Source: an uncultured virus (IMG/VR IMGVR_UViG_3300030118_002829)
Lineage: Duplodnaviria > Heunggongvirae > Uroviricota > Caudoviricetes
Direction: 5' to 3' (one strand)
DNA: 32,290 bases
Virus record (IMG/VR): IMGVR_UViG_3300030118_002829
Location: 62,001-94,290 of that record
The notes under the pieces are model-generated. The model was given only the letters and a program-made list of their open reading frames with translations, searched no databases and had not been told where the DNA came from. The translations under genes and the position numbers were made by a program. Positions 15,349 through 24,735 of the stretch are shown here, in pieces (within the stretch, counting starts at the first letter, position 1; every line of letters begins with the position of its first letter).

Positions 15349-15470
15349 TGAAAATATTAATTGTAATCATACTCATGATAGGGTTGTATATCTTAGGTAA
15401 ATTCCTTTATCCCGATATACCACAAAGACCTATCCAACAAGAATTAATTAAATGGGAGGAGGAACAATGA
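15348..15470 (+). CDS. 40 aa single-pass membrane protein (MKILIVIILMIGLYILGKFLYPD...)
   Basis: TGATG overlap, GGAGGAG RBS, hydrophobic N-terminus. Confidence 0.65.
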   Translation: MKILIVIILMIGLYILGKFLYPDIPQRPIQQELIKWEEEQ

Positions 15471-15709
15471 GAGCAAAAAGCACTATTCATGTAGAATACG
15501 AAGTATGTAGAGCGATACTAGAATCACCCGAATTGGCAGTAGTAATAGGTCAAGTCAAATCAAGGTTAGTCCCTATGGGAGATGATGTTGCAGAAAAAAG
15601 ATTCAATGTGGGAACAAAGAGTTTATCACAACTCTTACAGAATATAGTTGATAGAAGATTACATCGAATACCTAAAGACCATCCCGATTACACACCAAAG
15701 GGTGATTAG
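15467..15709 (+). CDS. hypothetical protein (MRAKSTIH...)
   Basis: Start reassigned to ATG 15467 after GGAGGAGG. Confidence 0.75.
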   Translation: MRAKSTIHVEYEVCRAILESPELAVVIGQVKSRLVPMGDDVAEKRFNVGTKSLSQLLQNIVDRRLHRIPKDHPDYTPKGD

Positions 15710-16024
15710 ATGGATAAAGAGGACTTAGGTTCTCTTAGGAAAGAATGGAATGAAACTGTGAGAGCAAAAATGCTCAGAGAGATATTCCCTAATGCTCCTA
15801 AGAGAAGTAAATGTAGGATATGTAAAGTCTCTTATCCTAACTCGATATTGAACGGTAGTAGCATTGCTCATTCAATGTGTCCCGAATGTATCAATGCAAG
15901 AATAGGAAATAAGAGACTAAAGAAAATGAAAGAAAAGCCCAACAAAGTTATTGAGGCTAAACCAATGGAAATCAAAGAAGAAGATTTGATGACATTGAAA
16001 GAATATTTGGAGATGAAAATATGA
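15710..16024 (+). CDS. zinc-finger protein
   Basis: CRIC...CPEC. Confidence 0.75.
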   Translation: MDKEDLGSLRKEWNETVRAKMLREIFPNAPKRSKCRICKVSYPNSILNGSSIAHSMCPECINARIGNKRLKKMKEKPNKVIEAKPMEIKEEDLMTLKEYLEMKI

Positions 16025-16299
16025 CATTTGGATATAATGATGGAACGATAGAATGCGCCATGTGTGGTTGCAAGATGAAAGAATGGGAGAGTAATAATCC
16101 TCAACCTCTATTATCTGATTTTGAAGATAGGGTATGTAGAGATTGTAACGATTATGTTACTGCCTCTAGGATTATCCTTAGAGGTATGGATGAAGAAACG
16201 CTAAGACATACTTGTAATATTATTGTAGGTATTATTAGTATGGCTTCGGGATTAAAAAGAAGTCGAGAACATTGGCTAAAGAAAATGGAGGAGGAATGA
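16021..16299 (+). CDS. zinc-finger protein
   Basis: CAMC...NNPQPL...CRDCN. Confidence 0.75.
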   Translation: MTFGYNDGTIECAMCGCKMKEWESNNPQPLLSDFEDRVCRDCNDYVTASRIILRGMDEETLRHTCNIIVGIISMASGLKRSREHWLKKMEEE

Positions 16300-16559
16300 A
16301 TATGGTTAGTAGAGAAGAATGGATAAGAAAAGCAGAAGCCGTTGGTAGATTCGGTTCAAATGCCGCAACATCAGAAAAAGGAGCATACGAGGGTATGCCG
16401 TTATTGTATCAAGCACTAGGATGCTTTGATAACTTTGATGATTCTCATCGTAAGGCCGTGTTATCATTAGTAACACAATGGGCTAATCGAGAAGGCACAG
16501 GACTATGGAGTTTAGTAACAGATATGCGTGTTGCACACAATAAAGCAAAGGAGGAATAA
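16296..16559 (+). CDS. hypothetical protein
   Basis: ATGA overlap at 16296 after GGAGGAGG (ORF track start 16272). Confidence 0.7.
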   Translation: MNMVSREEWIRKAEAVGRFGSNAATSEKGAYEGMPLLYQALGCFDNFDDSHRKAVLSLVTQWANREGTGLWSLVTDMRVAHNKAKEE

Positions 16560-16561
16560 AT

Positions 16562-17125
16562 ATGAAAAGAAAAGTAATGATTATAGGAACAGGTGGAATT
16601 GGAAGTTTTCTAATCCCTCTTTTAGATAAGACGGGATTGTATAAGATTACGGCACATGACCCCGATATTGTAGAAAAGAAGAATATACCTTATCAGAATT
16701 TTGAATTAAACGAGATTGATGATAAGAAAGTATTTGCTATGAAGAATAGATACAAGTCAGTGGCTAAGGCTGAACCTTTTTTGGTTCTAACAGAAAAACA
16801 AATTCAAGGTTATGACTTAGTTATCTGTTGTGCGGATAATTTAGATGTAAGAAGGCTACTTTATAGGTCATCAGTTAAATGGTTAGACTTGAGAGCGCAA
16901 GGTCGTAATGGTGCTTACATTAGTTATCTAACGCCTAAGAACATGTATGATGTTGTGCTTGCAGGACCCGATGGAAGTTTTTCATGTCAAGGAGATAGTT
17001 GGAAAGGCAAGAAAGAAGGTTTGCACTTTACTCATGTAGCAATAGCAGGTATGGCGGCTGAATGGATGCAAAGATGGTTTGTTGATGAGAATGATGTTTC
17101 AGATTACAAAGTGGTGAATATTTAA
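16562..17125 (+). CDS. ThiF/MoeB/E1-like Ubl-activating enzyme
   Basis: IIGTGGIGS, DPDIVEKKN, YDLVICCADNLDVRR, WLDLR. Confidence 0.9.
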   Translation: MKRKVMIIGTGGIGSFLIPLLDKTGLYKITAHDPDIVEKKNIPYQNFELNEIDDKKVFAMKNRYKSVAKAEPFLVLTEKQIQGYDLVICCADNLDVRRLLYRSSVKWLDLRAQGRNGAYISYLTPKNMYDVVLAGPDGSFSCQGDSWKGKKEGLHFTHVAIAGMAAEWMQRWFVDENDVSDYKVVNI

Positions 17126-17661
17126 TGGATACTAATCAATTAGTAGAGGATTACCTAAAGAATACTCCCCATTATACAAATTCAGAAGATATTGTTGTCT
17201 TGACTGATTGGAAAGAAAGAATAGAATGGTCCTTTGACCATCCAAAGAAAGCATCGGGATTACTGTCAATCTTCCAAGAGAAAAGAGGTGTTTTCCTTGA
17301 AACTATTTGGCAGATGAGTATGACTGCTTTTGATAAACCAAGAGAAGTCCAAGTGGTGATAGACAATAACGATAAGTTGTTTATTTCTTTTGGGACATTT
17401 TCATTTGTTGAATTTATGGAAGACCCTGTTGGAATGAAGTTGCCGATTAAATGTTGGATACATACTCATCCTTTCGGTTCAGCGTATTTCAGTGGAACAG
17501 ATATGAAAACAATCAACACATGGAAACCTATCATGATTAGTGCTATCGTTTTAGGAGATGGAGAACATCAAACTTGGATGAACACTTCTTCCAATAAAGC
17601 GACACATTATACTTATGCCAAGAAAAGGCTAGTAGAATTAAATGGAGGAGAAGAAGAATGA
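17125..17661 (+). CDS. JAB/JAMM (MPN+) metalloprotease
   Basis: E (REVQV) ... HTHPFGSAYFSGTD = HxH-x7-S-x2-D; TAATG coupling to the E1 gene. Confidence 0.9.
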   Translation: MDTNQLVEDYLKNTPHYTNSEDIVVLTDWKERIEWSFDHPKKASGLLSIFQEKRGVFLETIWQMSMTAFDKPREVQVVIDNNDKLFISFGTFSFVEFMEDPVGMKLPIKCWIHTHPFGSAYFSGTDMKTINTWKPIMISAIVLGDGEHQTWMNTSSNKATHYTYAKKRLVELNGGEEE

Positions 17662-17888
17662 AGTTAGAAGCAATAGGAGAATTTGTAGTATTGAAAGAAT
17701 CAGAATCAAAGGTTGGTTCATTTGTAATGAGTGAAACCCACAAGGGAGAAGTTGTCTCCGTTGGTCCTGATGTAGAAGGAATAGATGTTGGTGATGAGAT
17801 TTATTATCAACCGAATAAGAAGATTAAACTCGGTGAATTTTTCGCAGTTCACAAACATGTAATTTGTAGTAAGGTGGTGAAGGAATGA
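17658..17888 (+). CDS. groES: co-chaperonin GroES
   Basis: GEVVSVGPDV..VGDEI; directly upstream of GroEL. Confidence 0.85.
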   Translation: MKLEAIGEFVVLKESESKVGSFVMSETHKGEVVSVGPDVEGIDVGDEIYYQPNKKIKLGEFFAVHKHVICSKVVKE

Positions 17889-19405
17889 TAGTAATAGGAG
17901 ATGAAGCAAGAGATAAGATGTTGAAAGGAATTAACCTAGTGGCCGATGCAGTTAAACCTACACTTGGTCCTATGGCTAAGACTGTGGTTTTGAAGGAACA
18001 TGGTAAACCGATTATTGTTAATGATGGTGTGACCGTTGCTAAGGCAGTTAGTCATGAAGATGAATTCGTAGATATGGGTGCTAAATTGCTAATAGAAGTA
18101 GCAACACAAGCCCAAAGTTTAGCAGGTGATGGAACAACTACTGCCTGTGTTTTGGCCCAAGCCTTTTGTGAGAAAGGAATGGAACTCATCAAGAATGGAA
18201 GTAACCCTGTTCATGTAGCGAATGATTTGAAGAAGAAAGTGGATGAAATATCTACCGAACTTCTGTCACTGGCAAAACCAATCTCAGAATCTAATGAAAT
18301 CGTGAATGTAGCAACAATAGCCGCTAATAACGATAAAGACATTGGAGAGTTAATTGCGAAAGCAATAGAGACTGTTGGTAATAGTGGAGTTGTTACTGTT
18401 TCAGAATCTCAAGATATGAATACATCATTAGAAGTTGTTAATGGTTTAGAGATTGAAAGAGGATATAGGCATCATCATTTTACTACTGATAAAGAAAAGA
18501 ATCAAACAGTTATGGAAAACCCATTGATTTTAGTATCCAATTTACAGATAGTTAGATTTCAAGAAATGGTTCCATTACTAGAAAAGGTCGCTGAAACTAA
18601 AAGACCTCTTGTATTGATTTCAAGATTGTTAGAAGAACATGCTATGGCTAATCTAATTGTTAATGTAATGAATGGTATTGTCAAGGTATGCCCTGTTGAA
18701 TCACCAGATTACGGACATGTATCTGATGCACTTCTAGAGGATATTGCAATTGTTACAGGTGCTAAGTTTGTTGATTATCATGCTAATCATAAATTGGAAG
18801 AAGTGGAAATCGAAGACTTAGGAACGGCTGATAAAATTACAATCAAAGAAAATAAGACTATCATCGTTAATGGTGGTGGAGAAAAAGAGATGGTTGAAGC
18901 AAGGGCTAAGATGATTGAAAGTCATTATGAATTGGCTGACAATGATTTCCAGTTAGATAAGATGAAAACTAGAGTTGCTAAACTACTAGGTGGAGTTGCC
19001 GTATTAAAGATTGGAGCGTTATCAGAGGTAGAGATGAGAGATACTATGGAAAGAGTAGATGATGCCTTGAATGCTACAAGAGCCGCTATGGAATTAGGGA
19101 TAATAGAAGGAGGAGGATTGACTCTTGCTAAGTTATCTAAGAATACTGACCAATGGAAAGATTGTTTCAAGGGACCATACTATCAGATATTAGAGAATGC
19201 AGGTATAGCAAAACCAAGAAAGATTACATCAATAAATGCTAGAACAAACAAGAAGTGTGACTTCCATAAAGAAGGAATCATAGACCCAGTGAAGGTAACA
19301 CTATCTTCATTGAATAGTGCATCCTCTGTAACTGCGCTGGTTCTTACATCAGAAGTATTAGTGGGAGATGAAGAAGATGCTATGTCAAGTCAAAGGATGC
19401 TTTAA
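17885..19405 (+). CDS. groEL: group I chaperonin GroEL
   Basis: AVKPTLGP, NDGVTVAK, AGDGTTTA, GGVAVLKIGA, DDALNATRAA, GIIDPVKV. Confidence 0.95.
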   Translation: MIVIGDEARDKMLKGINLVADAVKPTLGPMAKTVVLKEHGKPIIVNDGVTVAKAVSHEDEFVDMGAKLLIEVATQAQSLAGDGTTTACVLAQAFCEKGMELIKNGSNPVHVANDLKKKVDEISTELLSLAKPISESNEIVNVATIAANNDKDIGELIAKAIETVGNSGVVTVSESQDMNTSLEVVNGLEIERGYRHHHFTTDKEKNQTVMENPLILVSNLQIVRFQEMVPLLEKVAETKRPLVLISRLLEEHAMANLIVNVMNGIVKVCPVESPDYGHVSDALLEDIAIVTGAKFVDYHANHKLEEVEIEDLGTADKITIKENKTIIVNGGGEKEMVEARAKMIESHYELADNDFQLDKMKTRVAKLLGGVAVLKIGALSEVEMRDTMERVDDALNATRAAMELGIIEGGGLTLAKLSKNTDQWKDCFKGPYYQILENAGIAKPRKITSINARTNKKCDFHKEGIIDPVKVTLSSLNSASSVTALVLTSEVLVGDEEDAMSSQRML

Positions 19406-19484
19406 TCTCTCACATAGAGGTTTCAGAAAATGCCTAGCATGTCTCAAAGGATTAACACCCGATAAAAGGAGCGAAGAAGAATGA
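19368..19484 (+). CDS. Cys-rich microprotein (MKKMLCQVKGCFNLSHRGFRKCLACLKG...)
   Basis: Cx4C...CxxC; overlaps the GroEL 3' end, ATGA coupling downstream. Confidence 0.55.
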   Translation: MKKMLCQVKGCFNLSHRGFRKCLACLKGLTPDKRSEEE

Positions 19485-19618
19485 CTAAAATTATGATTTG
19501 TGTTTTTTGTAATGAAGAAGCAGATGAAGAAATAGGCTATTGGTCATGTTCTACTTGTAATGACTATGATGGTATAGAAGAAGTAAATGAAAAGGAATGG
19601 AGAGATAAAAATGAGTGA
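19481..19618 (+). CDS. 45 aa zinc-finger microprotein
   Basis: CVFC...CSTCNDYDG. Confidence 0.65.
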   Translation: MTKIMICVFCNEEADEEIGYWSCSTCNDYDGIEEVNEKEWRDKNE

Positions 19619-19823
19619 AGAATTAATGTTCCCAACATTAGCAATACAGTTGAAGAACGAAAAGGGTATCCCATATGATATGCCCGATGATTGGTTGGAA
19701 ACCGCTTTGATGGTGGCCAACATGATTTATCAAAAATACCAAGTTGGTGTTGATGTTGTTTATGGGTCAGCATCAAGAGAAGGATTTATTATTTTAGAAA
19801 AGGAGTGTCACAAAAATGAGTGA
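19611..19823 (+). CDS. hypothetical protein (MSEELMF...)
   Basis: Start reassigned to ATG 19611 after GGAG. Confidence 0.7.
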   Translation: MSEELMFPTLAIQLKNEKGIPYDMPDDWLETALMVANMIYQKYQVGVDVVYGSASREGFIILEKECHKNE

Positions 19824-20349
19824 AGAAGAAAAGAAGGAAGAAAAGAAAGAAGAACCAAAACTAGAGGTTAATCTCGTCAAAGGCGAGGAAGATGTTTCTA
19901 AGTTGAAGAAGTGCGTAGAACTAATTCTGAGTGAAAAGGGTAAACTAGCACTAGGCCAAGCATTGACGAATACAATACAGTCAATGGAAAACAGGGAGCC
20001 TGAGATGTGGAGAGAGTATGATAAGTCATTGAAAGATATGAAATATCTTCTCAGAAATCTGGATATTGAAAAGTCATTTCGTGTGGCTGACTCTATCAAT
20101 AAAGATACTAAGTATTATGTTAAAAAGAATGGAGAGGTCATTGCCGAATATGATGATACGATTCATAATAGCATAGTAGCAGTTGAAGTTGCAAAGAATA
20201 TGCATTCAGTAGATTCTAACAATTATTATTCAGCAAGCGTAGAAGTTACTTTTAGCCCTGTATTGATTGAAGGTGGCAGTAAAGAACCACAGGAAATTGG
20301 TATATGGTCTTCTGATTCAGTAATCAGCGAAGATGAGTTTAACTTTTGA
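19816..20349 (+). CDS. hypothetical protein
   Basis: 177 aa, AGGAG RBS. Confidence 0.8.
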   Translation: MSEEEKKEEKKEEPKLEVNLVKGEEDVSKLKKCVELILSEKGKLALGQALTNTIQSMENREPEMWREYDKSLKDMKYLLRNLDIEKSFRVADSINKDTKYYVKKNGEVIAEYDDTIHNSIVAVEVAKNMHSVDSNNYYSASVEVTFSPVLIEGGSKEPQEIGIWSSDSVISEDEFNF

Positions 20350-20358
20350 GGGAATATT

Positions 20359-20682
20359 ATGGGAAAGAAAATATGGGTCCAAATTAAAGTAGATGATAAC
20401 TGCTTGTGGGATTTAAACGGTAAAGTATTCAAAAAGAAACCTTCACTAAAAGATATGCAAGATAGTGTAGGCGGTCTTATTGAATACATGCCTCAAGTGT
20501 ATCTCATGCCCGAAGTAAAAGAAATGATTGTAAATGAAGAAGGACTTTTACACGGATTAAGAGATAATTACTTGGCTAATATGCAACTTAAAACACATGC
20601 TCCTAGAGTTGTAGGAGATGTTCTAGTTAAAGTAGATGAAGCATTCATTACTAAGGATTTTTGGTTAAAGTTGGAGGAATAG
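20359..20682 (+). CDS. DUF3846-like protein
   Basis: LKDMQDSVGGLIE...MIVNEEGLL..L..N..A...VVGDVLV. Confidence 0.7.
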   Translation: MGKKIWVQIKVDDNCLWDLNGKVFKKKPSLKDMQDSVGGLIEYMPQVYLMPEVKEMIVNEEGLLHGLRDNYLANMQLKTHAPRVVGDVLVKVDEAFITKDFWLKLEE

Positions 20683-20684
20683 AT

Positions 20685-20963
20685 ATGAATCAAAGAGAAG
20701 AAGCAATGATGGAAGAAATCCTTAGATTAGAAAGAGAATTAAGTAAGTATAAGTGGACCGAAGAAAATCCTTGGTGGCTTTTGAATTACAAATTTAAAGT
20801 AGAATTCTTTTGGGATGAAAATGAAAAGGGAGTAAATGCTTTTAATCCGAAAGTTCGCATTCATACTCATAATCCTAAAAAGAAACAACAAATAGATAAG
20901 ACATTACCATTGTTTACTTTAGCAATGAGATATGCTCAGAAACTATTAGAGGAGGAGGAATAG
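20685..20963 (+). CDS. hypothetical protein (MNQREE...)
   Basis: ATG 20685 after GGAGG (ORF track start 20661). Confidence 0.7.
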   Translation: MNQREEAMMEEILRLERELSKYKWTEENPWWLLNYKFKVEFFWDENEKGVNAFNPKVRIHTHNPKKKQQIDKTLPLFTLAMRYAQKLLEEEE

Positions 20964-21271
20964 TGGCTGATGAAGAATTGTTAGGTCGTATCCCTAGAGA
21001 TGCCAAGAATGAATTCAAAGTAACTAGAGGTAGATATTGGAATACCGACTATGTAGATATTAGATTACATACAAATGGTAATCACACAAAGAAAGGCATT
21101 CGACTTAACTTAGATGAACTACTGGTTCTAAAACAGATATTAGAGAAAATACAATTAGGAGATGAAGAAGATGGAAAAATTGAACAGGGAACAGAGATTA
21201 AACCCGATGGACAAATTAACGAAGAAAGAGATACTAAGCAAGGCAGTTCGCTATTTGCAAATCGTGGATAG
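20963..21271 (+). CDS. PC4/YdbC-like ssDNA-binding protein
   Basis: YVDIRL...TKKGIRLNLDEL. Confidence 0.75.
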   Translation: MADEELLGRIPRDAKNEFKVTRGRYWNTDYVDIRLHTNGNHTKKGIRLNLDELLVLKQILEKIQLGDEEDGKIEQGTEIKPDGQINEERDTKQGSSLFANRG

Positions 21272-21404
21272 TATGGAAGCCTCTAATTGGGAATGGTATC
21301 TAAATGAATTTAGAGGGCATGAAGATTGGGAAATAGGATTAACTACAACAATTGTTGAACTACAAAAAATGCTGAGAAACGAATTAAAAAAGGAGATGGA
21401 ATAA
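21162..21404 (+). CDS. hypothetical protein
   Basis: 80 aa; AGGAG upstream; overlaps the tail of the PC4-like gene. Confidence 0.65.
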   Translation: MKKMEKLNREQRLNPMDKLTKKEILSKAVRYLQIVDSMEASNWEWYLNEFRGHEDWEIGLTTTIVELQKMLRNELKKEME

Positions 21405-21794
21405 ATGGTATGGATATATGATGAAGATGGATATGATGATTGGAGCGTAACACACGCTAAATGGATGAGAGAAAATTTACCTATTCAAATGGTAGAAGCG
21501 TTTGAAGGAGAATTACAAACACTAGTGACTGACAAAGATAAGCATGGATTTATGATTTTTCATTTGCTACACATGTCTACTCTTACAAATAATGATGGAT
21601 ATGAATATTGGAAACAGGCACAGGATGTTTGGAATTTAGCATTGCCAATGATGCAAGCATTCAACACTATGATGATGGGTCTTGCTCAAAGAGCAAATGA
21701 CGATAAGACGCTTCATGCTATTGGATTGGCTAATGCGCTAATGTTGCAAATGTTTGCTACACCACAAGAACCTCCAAGGGATGAGGAAGAATGA
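21405..21794 (+). CDS. hypothetical protein
   Basis: 129 aa coupled ORF. Confidence 0.8.
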   Translation: MVWIYDEDGYDDWSVTHAKWMRENLPIQMVEAFEGELQTLVTDKDKHGFMIFHLLHMSTLTNNDGYEYWKQAQDVWNLALPMMQAFNTMMMGLAQRANDDKTLHAIGLANALMLQMFATPQEPPRDEEE

Positions 21795-22036
21795 ATGACC
21801 ACCAAGATAGTGAGAACTTTTCTTACACTAGGTCTTGGGATGATATAGAAGCCATGCTCCATGAAGCCGAGCGTGAACAGAATGCCTGTTATATGCAAAT
21901 GCAGAGATGCAAGAAGAAAGACCGCATATATTGGATGAGAAAATACAAGGGACTCCAAGGCGTAATTAACGGCTTGAGATGGGTCCTTGGAGATTTAAGA
22001 GTTAGTAAGAAAAAGGTATTGGGGAGAGAAGAATGA
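21791..22036 (+). CDS. hypothetical protein
   Basis: 81 aa coupled ORF with LRWVLG motif. Confidence 0.8.
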   Translation: MNDHQDSENFSYTRSWDDIEAMLHEAEREQNACYMQMQRCKKKDRIYWMRKYKGLQGVINGLRWVLGDLRVSKKKVLGREE

Positions 22037-23562
22037 AATGGATAGAGTTTTGTAGATTAATGCAAGCAGTAGAAAATAGAACACCTACTAAGACAATTAG
22101 TTTGATAGCGAAGGATTATGAACACAATTCTCAATTCATTAAGATTCTAGCCCTAGAATTAGACGCTAATAATCTTGCTAGTAAGAAAGCATTCAGATGG
22201 GTAGTTAATGCACTAGAAGTATTTGATGATGAAGTAGAGTTGGCCATATACCAACATGGCGATATTGGAGAAGGTGTGTATCATTTTGTTCAAGATGGTA
22301 AAGACTCAGAAATGAATCTTAATACCATTCTACATCTATTATCTATGGATTGTAGCAAGAGTGACGGTCAATCTTACAATGCATTCTATGTAGCCTTCAA
22401 TTCAATGTCGGCATTAGAGAAGAAATGGTTCTTGAGATATTGGCTTAGAACACCGAGGAATGGTATCAATAATGGAACGGTAAGAAAGTTACTTGCTAAG
22501 ATTTACGATAAAAAAGAAGCGGAAGTAAAGAAGCATAATCAATTACATAGTTTACAGGATATTTCTATTTTCTATTCTAAGGGAGAAGAACCTCCTAATG
22601 ATTTGAAAATAGGTAGATACATTGCACCAATGTTGGCCAAGGCAGTGCCTAAAGAGAAATGGCCAAAGCAACACATTGTTGAATACAAGTATGATGGTGC
22701 TAGGTATCAAATTCATTTTAGGAGGAAAATAGAAACTACCGTTATTATTTTCAATCGCAAAGGAAAGGTAGTTACAGATAAGTTTCCCGATATTGTAGAG
22801 GAGATTCTTAGTTGGAAAATAGAAGAACCATTTATTATTGATACTGAAATCTACCCTGTTGAAAGTGATGGTAGACCTGCTCCCTTCAAGAAGATGGGGA
22901 CTCGTATTCACTCAAAGAATGTGAAGGAAGCCGTTGAAAAATGCCCCGTAGAACTGGCAGTATTCGATTGTATGATGTTCAATGATGAAAACCTAATGGA
23001 TTCGCCACTGAAAGATAGAATCAATATTATCTATAAATTTCCAAAGCAAGCAGTTAGAAGCACAATAAAAGAAGATAATGATATATTCTATAATCTATCT
23101 ATTAATGATGGCTATGAAGGTATTATGATTAAAGACCTTAATGCTACTTATCAAAGTGGTAAAAGGTCAGTTGCTTGGGCTAAGTATAAACCGCCTAGAT
23201 TTGAATTGGATGTAGTAATTACAGGAGCAAGATATGGTGATGGAAAAAGGTCGAGCGTATTTGCTTCCTACGATATTGCCGTAAAAGACGATAACGAATA
23301 TATATCAGTTGGTAGTATAGGAACGGGCTTTAGTGATATTGACCTTTTGTATTTGACAAACGAAGGTAAAAAGATTGTTTCAGGAATAAACGATAAAACA
23401 CACAAATGGCTACCAAGGATAGTTTTGGAAGTAACTTGTGATTTAGTAACTAGAGATGCTGATGGTAATCTTGGATTAAGATTTCCTAGAATGCTTAGGA
23501 TAAGAACAGATAAGCCTGTATCAGATATTAATACACTGAAAGATGTTGAGGGAATGATATGA
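22033..23562 (+). CDS. lig: ATP-dependent DNA ligase
   Basis: PMLA, EYKYDGARYQIH (motif I), EGIMIKD, WAKYKP, LRFPRMLRIRTDK. Confidence 0.95.
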   Translation: MKWIEFCRLMQAVENRTPTKTISLIAKDYEHNSQFIKILALELDANNLASKKAFRWVVNALEVFDDEVELAIYQHGDIGEGVYHFVQDGKDSEMNLNTILHLLSMDCSKSDGQSYNAFYVAFNSMSALEKKWFLRYWLRTPRNGINNGTVRKLLAKIYDKKEAEVKKHNQLHSLQDISIFYSKGEEPPNDLKIGRYIAPMLAKAVPKEKWPKQHIVEYKYDGARYQIHFRRKIETTVIIFNRKGKVVTDKFPDIVEEILSWKIEEPFIIDTEIYPVESDGRPAPFKKMGTRIHSKNVKEAVEKCPVELAVFDCMMFNDENLMDSPLKDRINIIYKFPKQAVRSTIKEDNDIFYNLSINDGYEGIMIKDLNATYQSGKRSVAWAKYKPPRFELDVVITGARYGDGKRSSVFASYDIAVKDDNEYISVGSIGTGFSDIDLLYLTNEGKKIVSGINDKTHKWLPRIVLEVTCDLVTRDADGNLGLRFPRMLRIRTDKPVSDINTLKDVEGMI

Positions 23563-24080
23563 ATGTATGTAGATGGAAAGGAACAAAAAGAAATGGAAGA
23601 ATCCTTTGCGATAAACCTCTTAATGAAGTAGAGAGTATTACTACTGATGATTCGGTAATAACTTGTAAAGAGTGTTTATTGTTATCGGGTAAAAGAACGG
23701 GAGTTAAACAGACCCATCTTAATGCTGATTTTCTTTCCTTTGCTAATATAGGTGAAAATGGCCTTCTTGATTTTCAAGATTACAAAAAAGAAAAAGATGG
23801 AAGGTCAAAAACGGGTTACAAAGATTCGTTTATCATGTGTCGTAGTGAGAGTCCTAATTATTTTGTTCCCGAACATAGAATAACAAATGACCCTAAAGAA
23901 GTATCTTGTTCTCACTGTTTGAACATGTGGGGTAAAAAGGAAACCAAGAAGTTTGTTTTGACTGGTGTAATGTTAGAAATAGGTTTACCTATGAAAAAGA
24001 TAAGAGCAAAAATAGACAACGCTTCGTCAGCAACATTGACAAGCATGTTAGATAAGATGCTCTATGGAGACAAAGTATAA
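23559..24080 (+). CDS. Cys-rich protein with two repeats
   Basis: LC...ITTDDSVITCKECL and MC...ITNDPKEVSCSHCL. Confidence 0.75.
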   Translation: MNVCRWKGTKRNGRILCDKPLNEVESITTDDSVITCKECLLLSGKRTGVKQTHLNADFLSFANIGENGLLDFQDYKKEKDGRSKTGYKDSFIMCRSESPNYFVPEHRITNDPKEVSCSHCLNMWGKKETKKFVLTGVMLEIGLPMKKIRAKIDNASSATLTSMLDKMLYGDKV

Positions 24081-24106
24081 ATTGGTGATATTAATACCAC
24101 CGAAAC

Positions 24107-24364
24107 ATGATACAATGGTTGTTAAAATCTATCCTGTATATTATGGGATGGATGTATGTGATAATAGATAATTTCGTGAAATACCCTACTGATGAAATAT
24201 GCGGTATAGAAATAGATGAAGATATAAGAAAGTTAGATAGAAAACAACTTTGCACACTATTAGAATTAAAGTATGATTTAGGAGAAGATGAATTTTGGAA
24301 CTTGCCTTCAACATCAAAAATACGCCTTGGTTGCCAACTGGCATTGAACCAAAAGAAAAGATAG
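24107..24364 (+). CDS. hypothetical protein with N-terminal hydrophobic helix
   Basis: 85 aa ORF. Confidence 0.65.
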   Translation: MIQWLLKSILYIMGWMYVIIDNFVKYPTDEICGIEIDEDIRKLDRKQLCTLLELKYDLGEDEFWNLPSTSKIRLGCQLALNQKKR

Positions 24365-24735
24365 TGTGGGAATCTAACATGGAATACTACACTGATGAAG
24401 ATATGAAGCGCAGATGGTCAGAGAAACATGGTAGAATAACAACTATCACTTACATGGTCTATGGTGATTTAGGAAAAAGAACCAACCTTTCAATTAATTA
24501 TGCTATTCGTGAGACTATATCGAGCAAGAAGTTTGCTCAAGTATTAGAAGAAGTAGATTATGAAATGGCAGAATTGTATGGTCTTTACCAAGGGACATGT
24601 ATCCAATGGGTATTTCCCGATAAATTAGAAGAATTAAATGAGATATTAGGATTGATTGAAAGTGGCTTAGACCATTTTAGAATCAAACATGAATGTATAG
24701 GAGCGACAGTAGATGTTTACGCAAGGACAACTTGA
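24295..24735 (+). CDS. hypothetical protein (true start probably downstream, e.g. ATG 24379)
   Basis: ORF in operon; start uncertain. Confidence 0.7.
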   Translation: MELAFNIKNTPWLPTGIEPKEKIVWESNMEYYTDEDMKRRWSEKHGRITTITYMVYGDLGKRTNLSINYAIRETISSKKFAQVLEEVDYEMAELYGLYQGTCIQWVFPDKLEELNEILGLIESGLDHFRIKHECIGATVDVYARTT

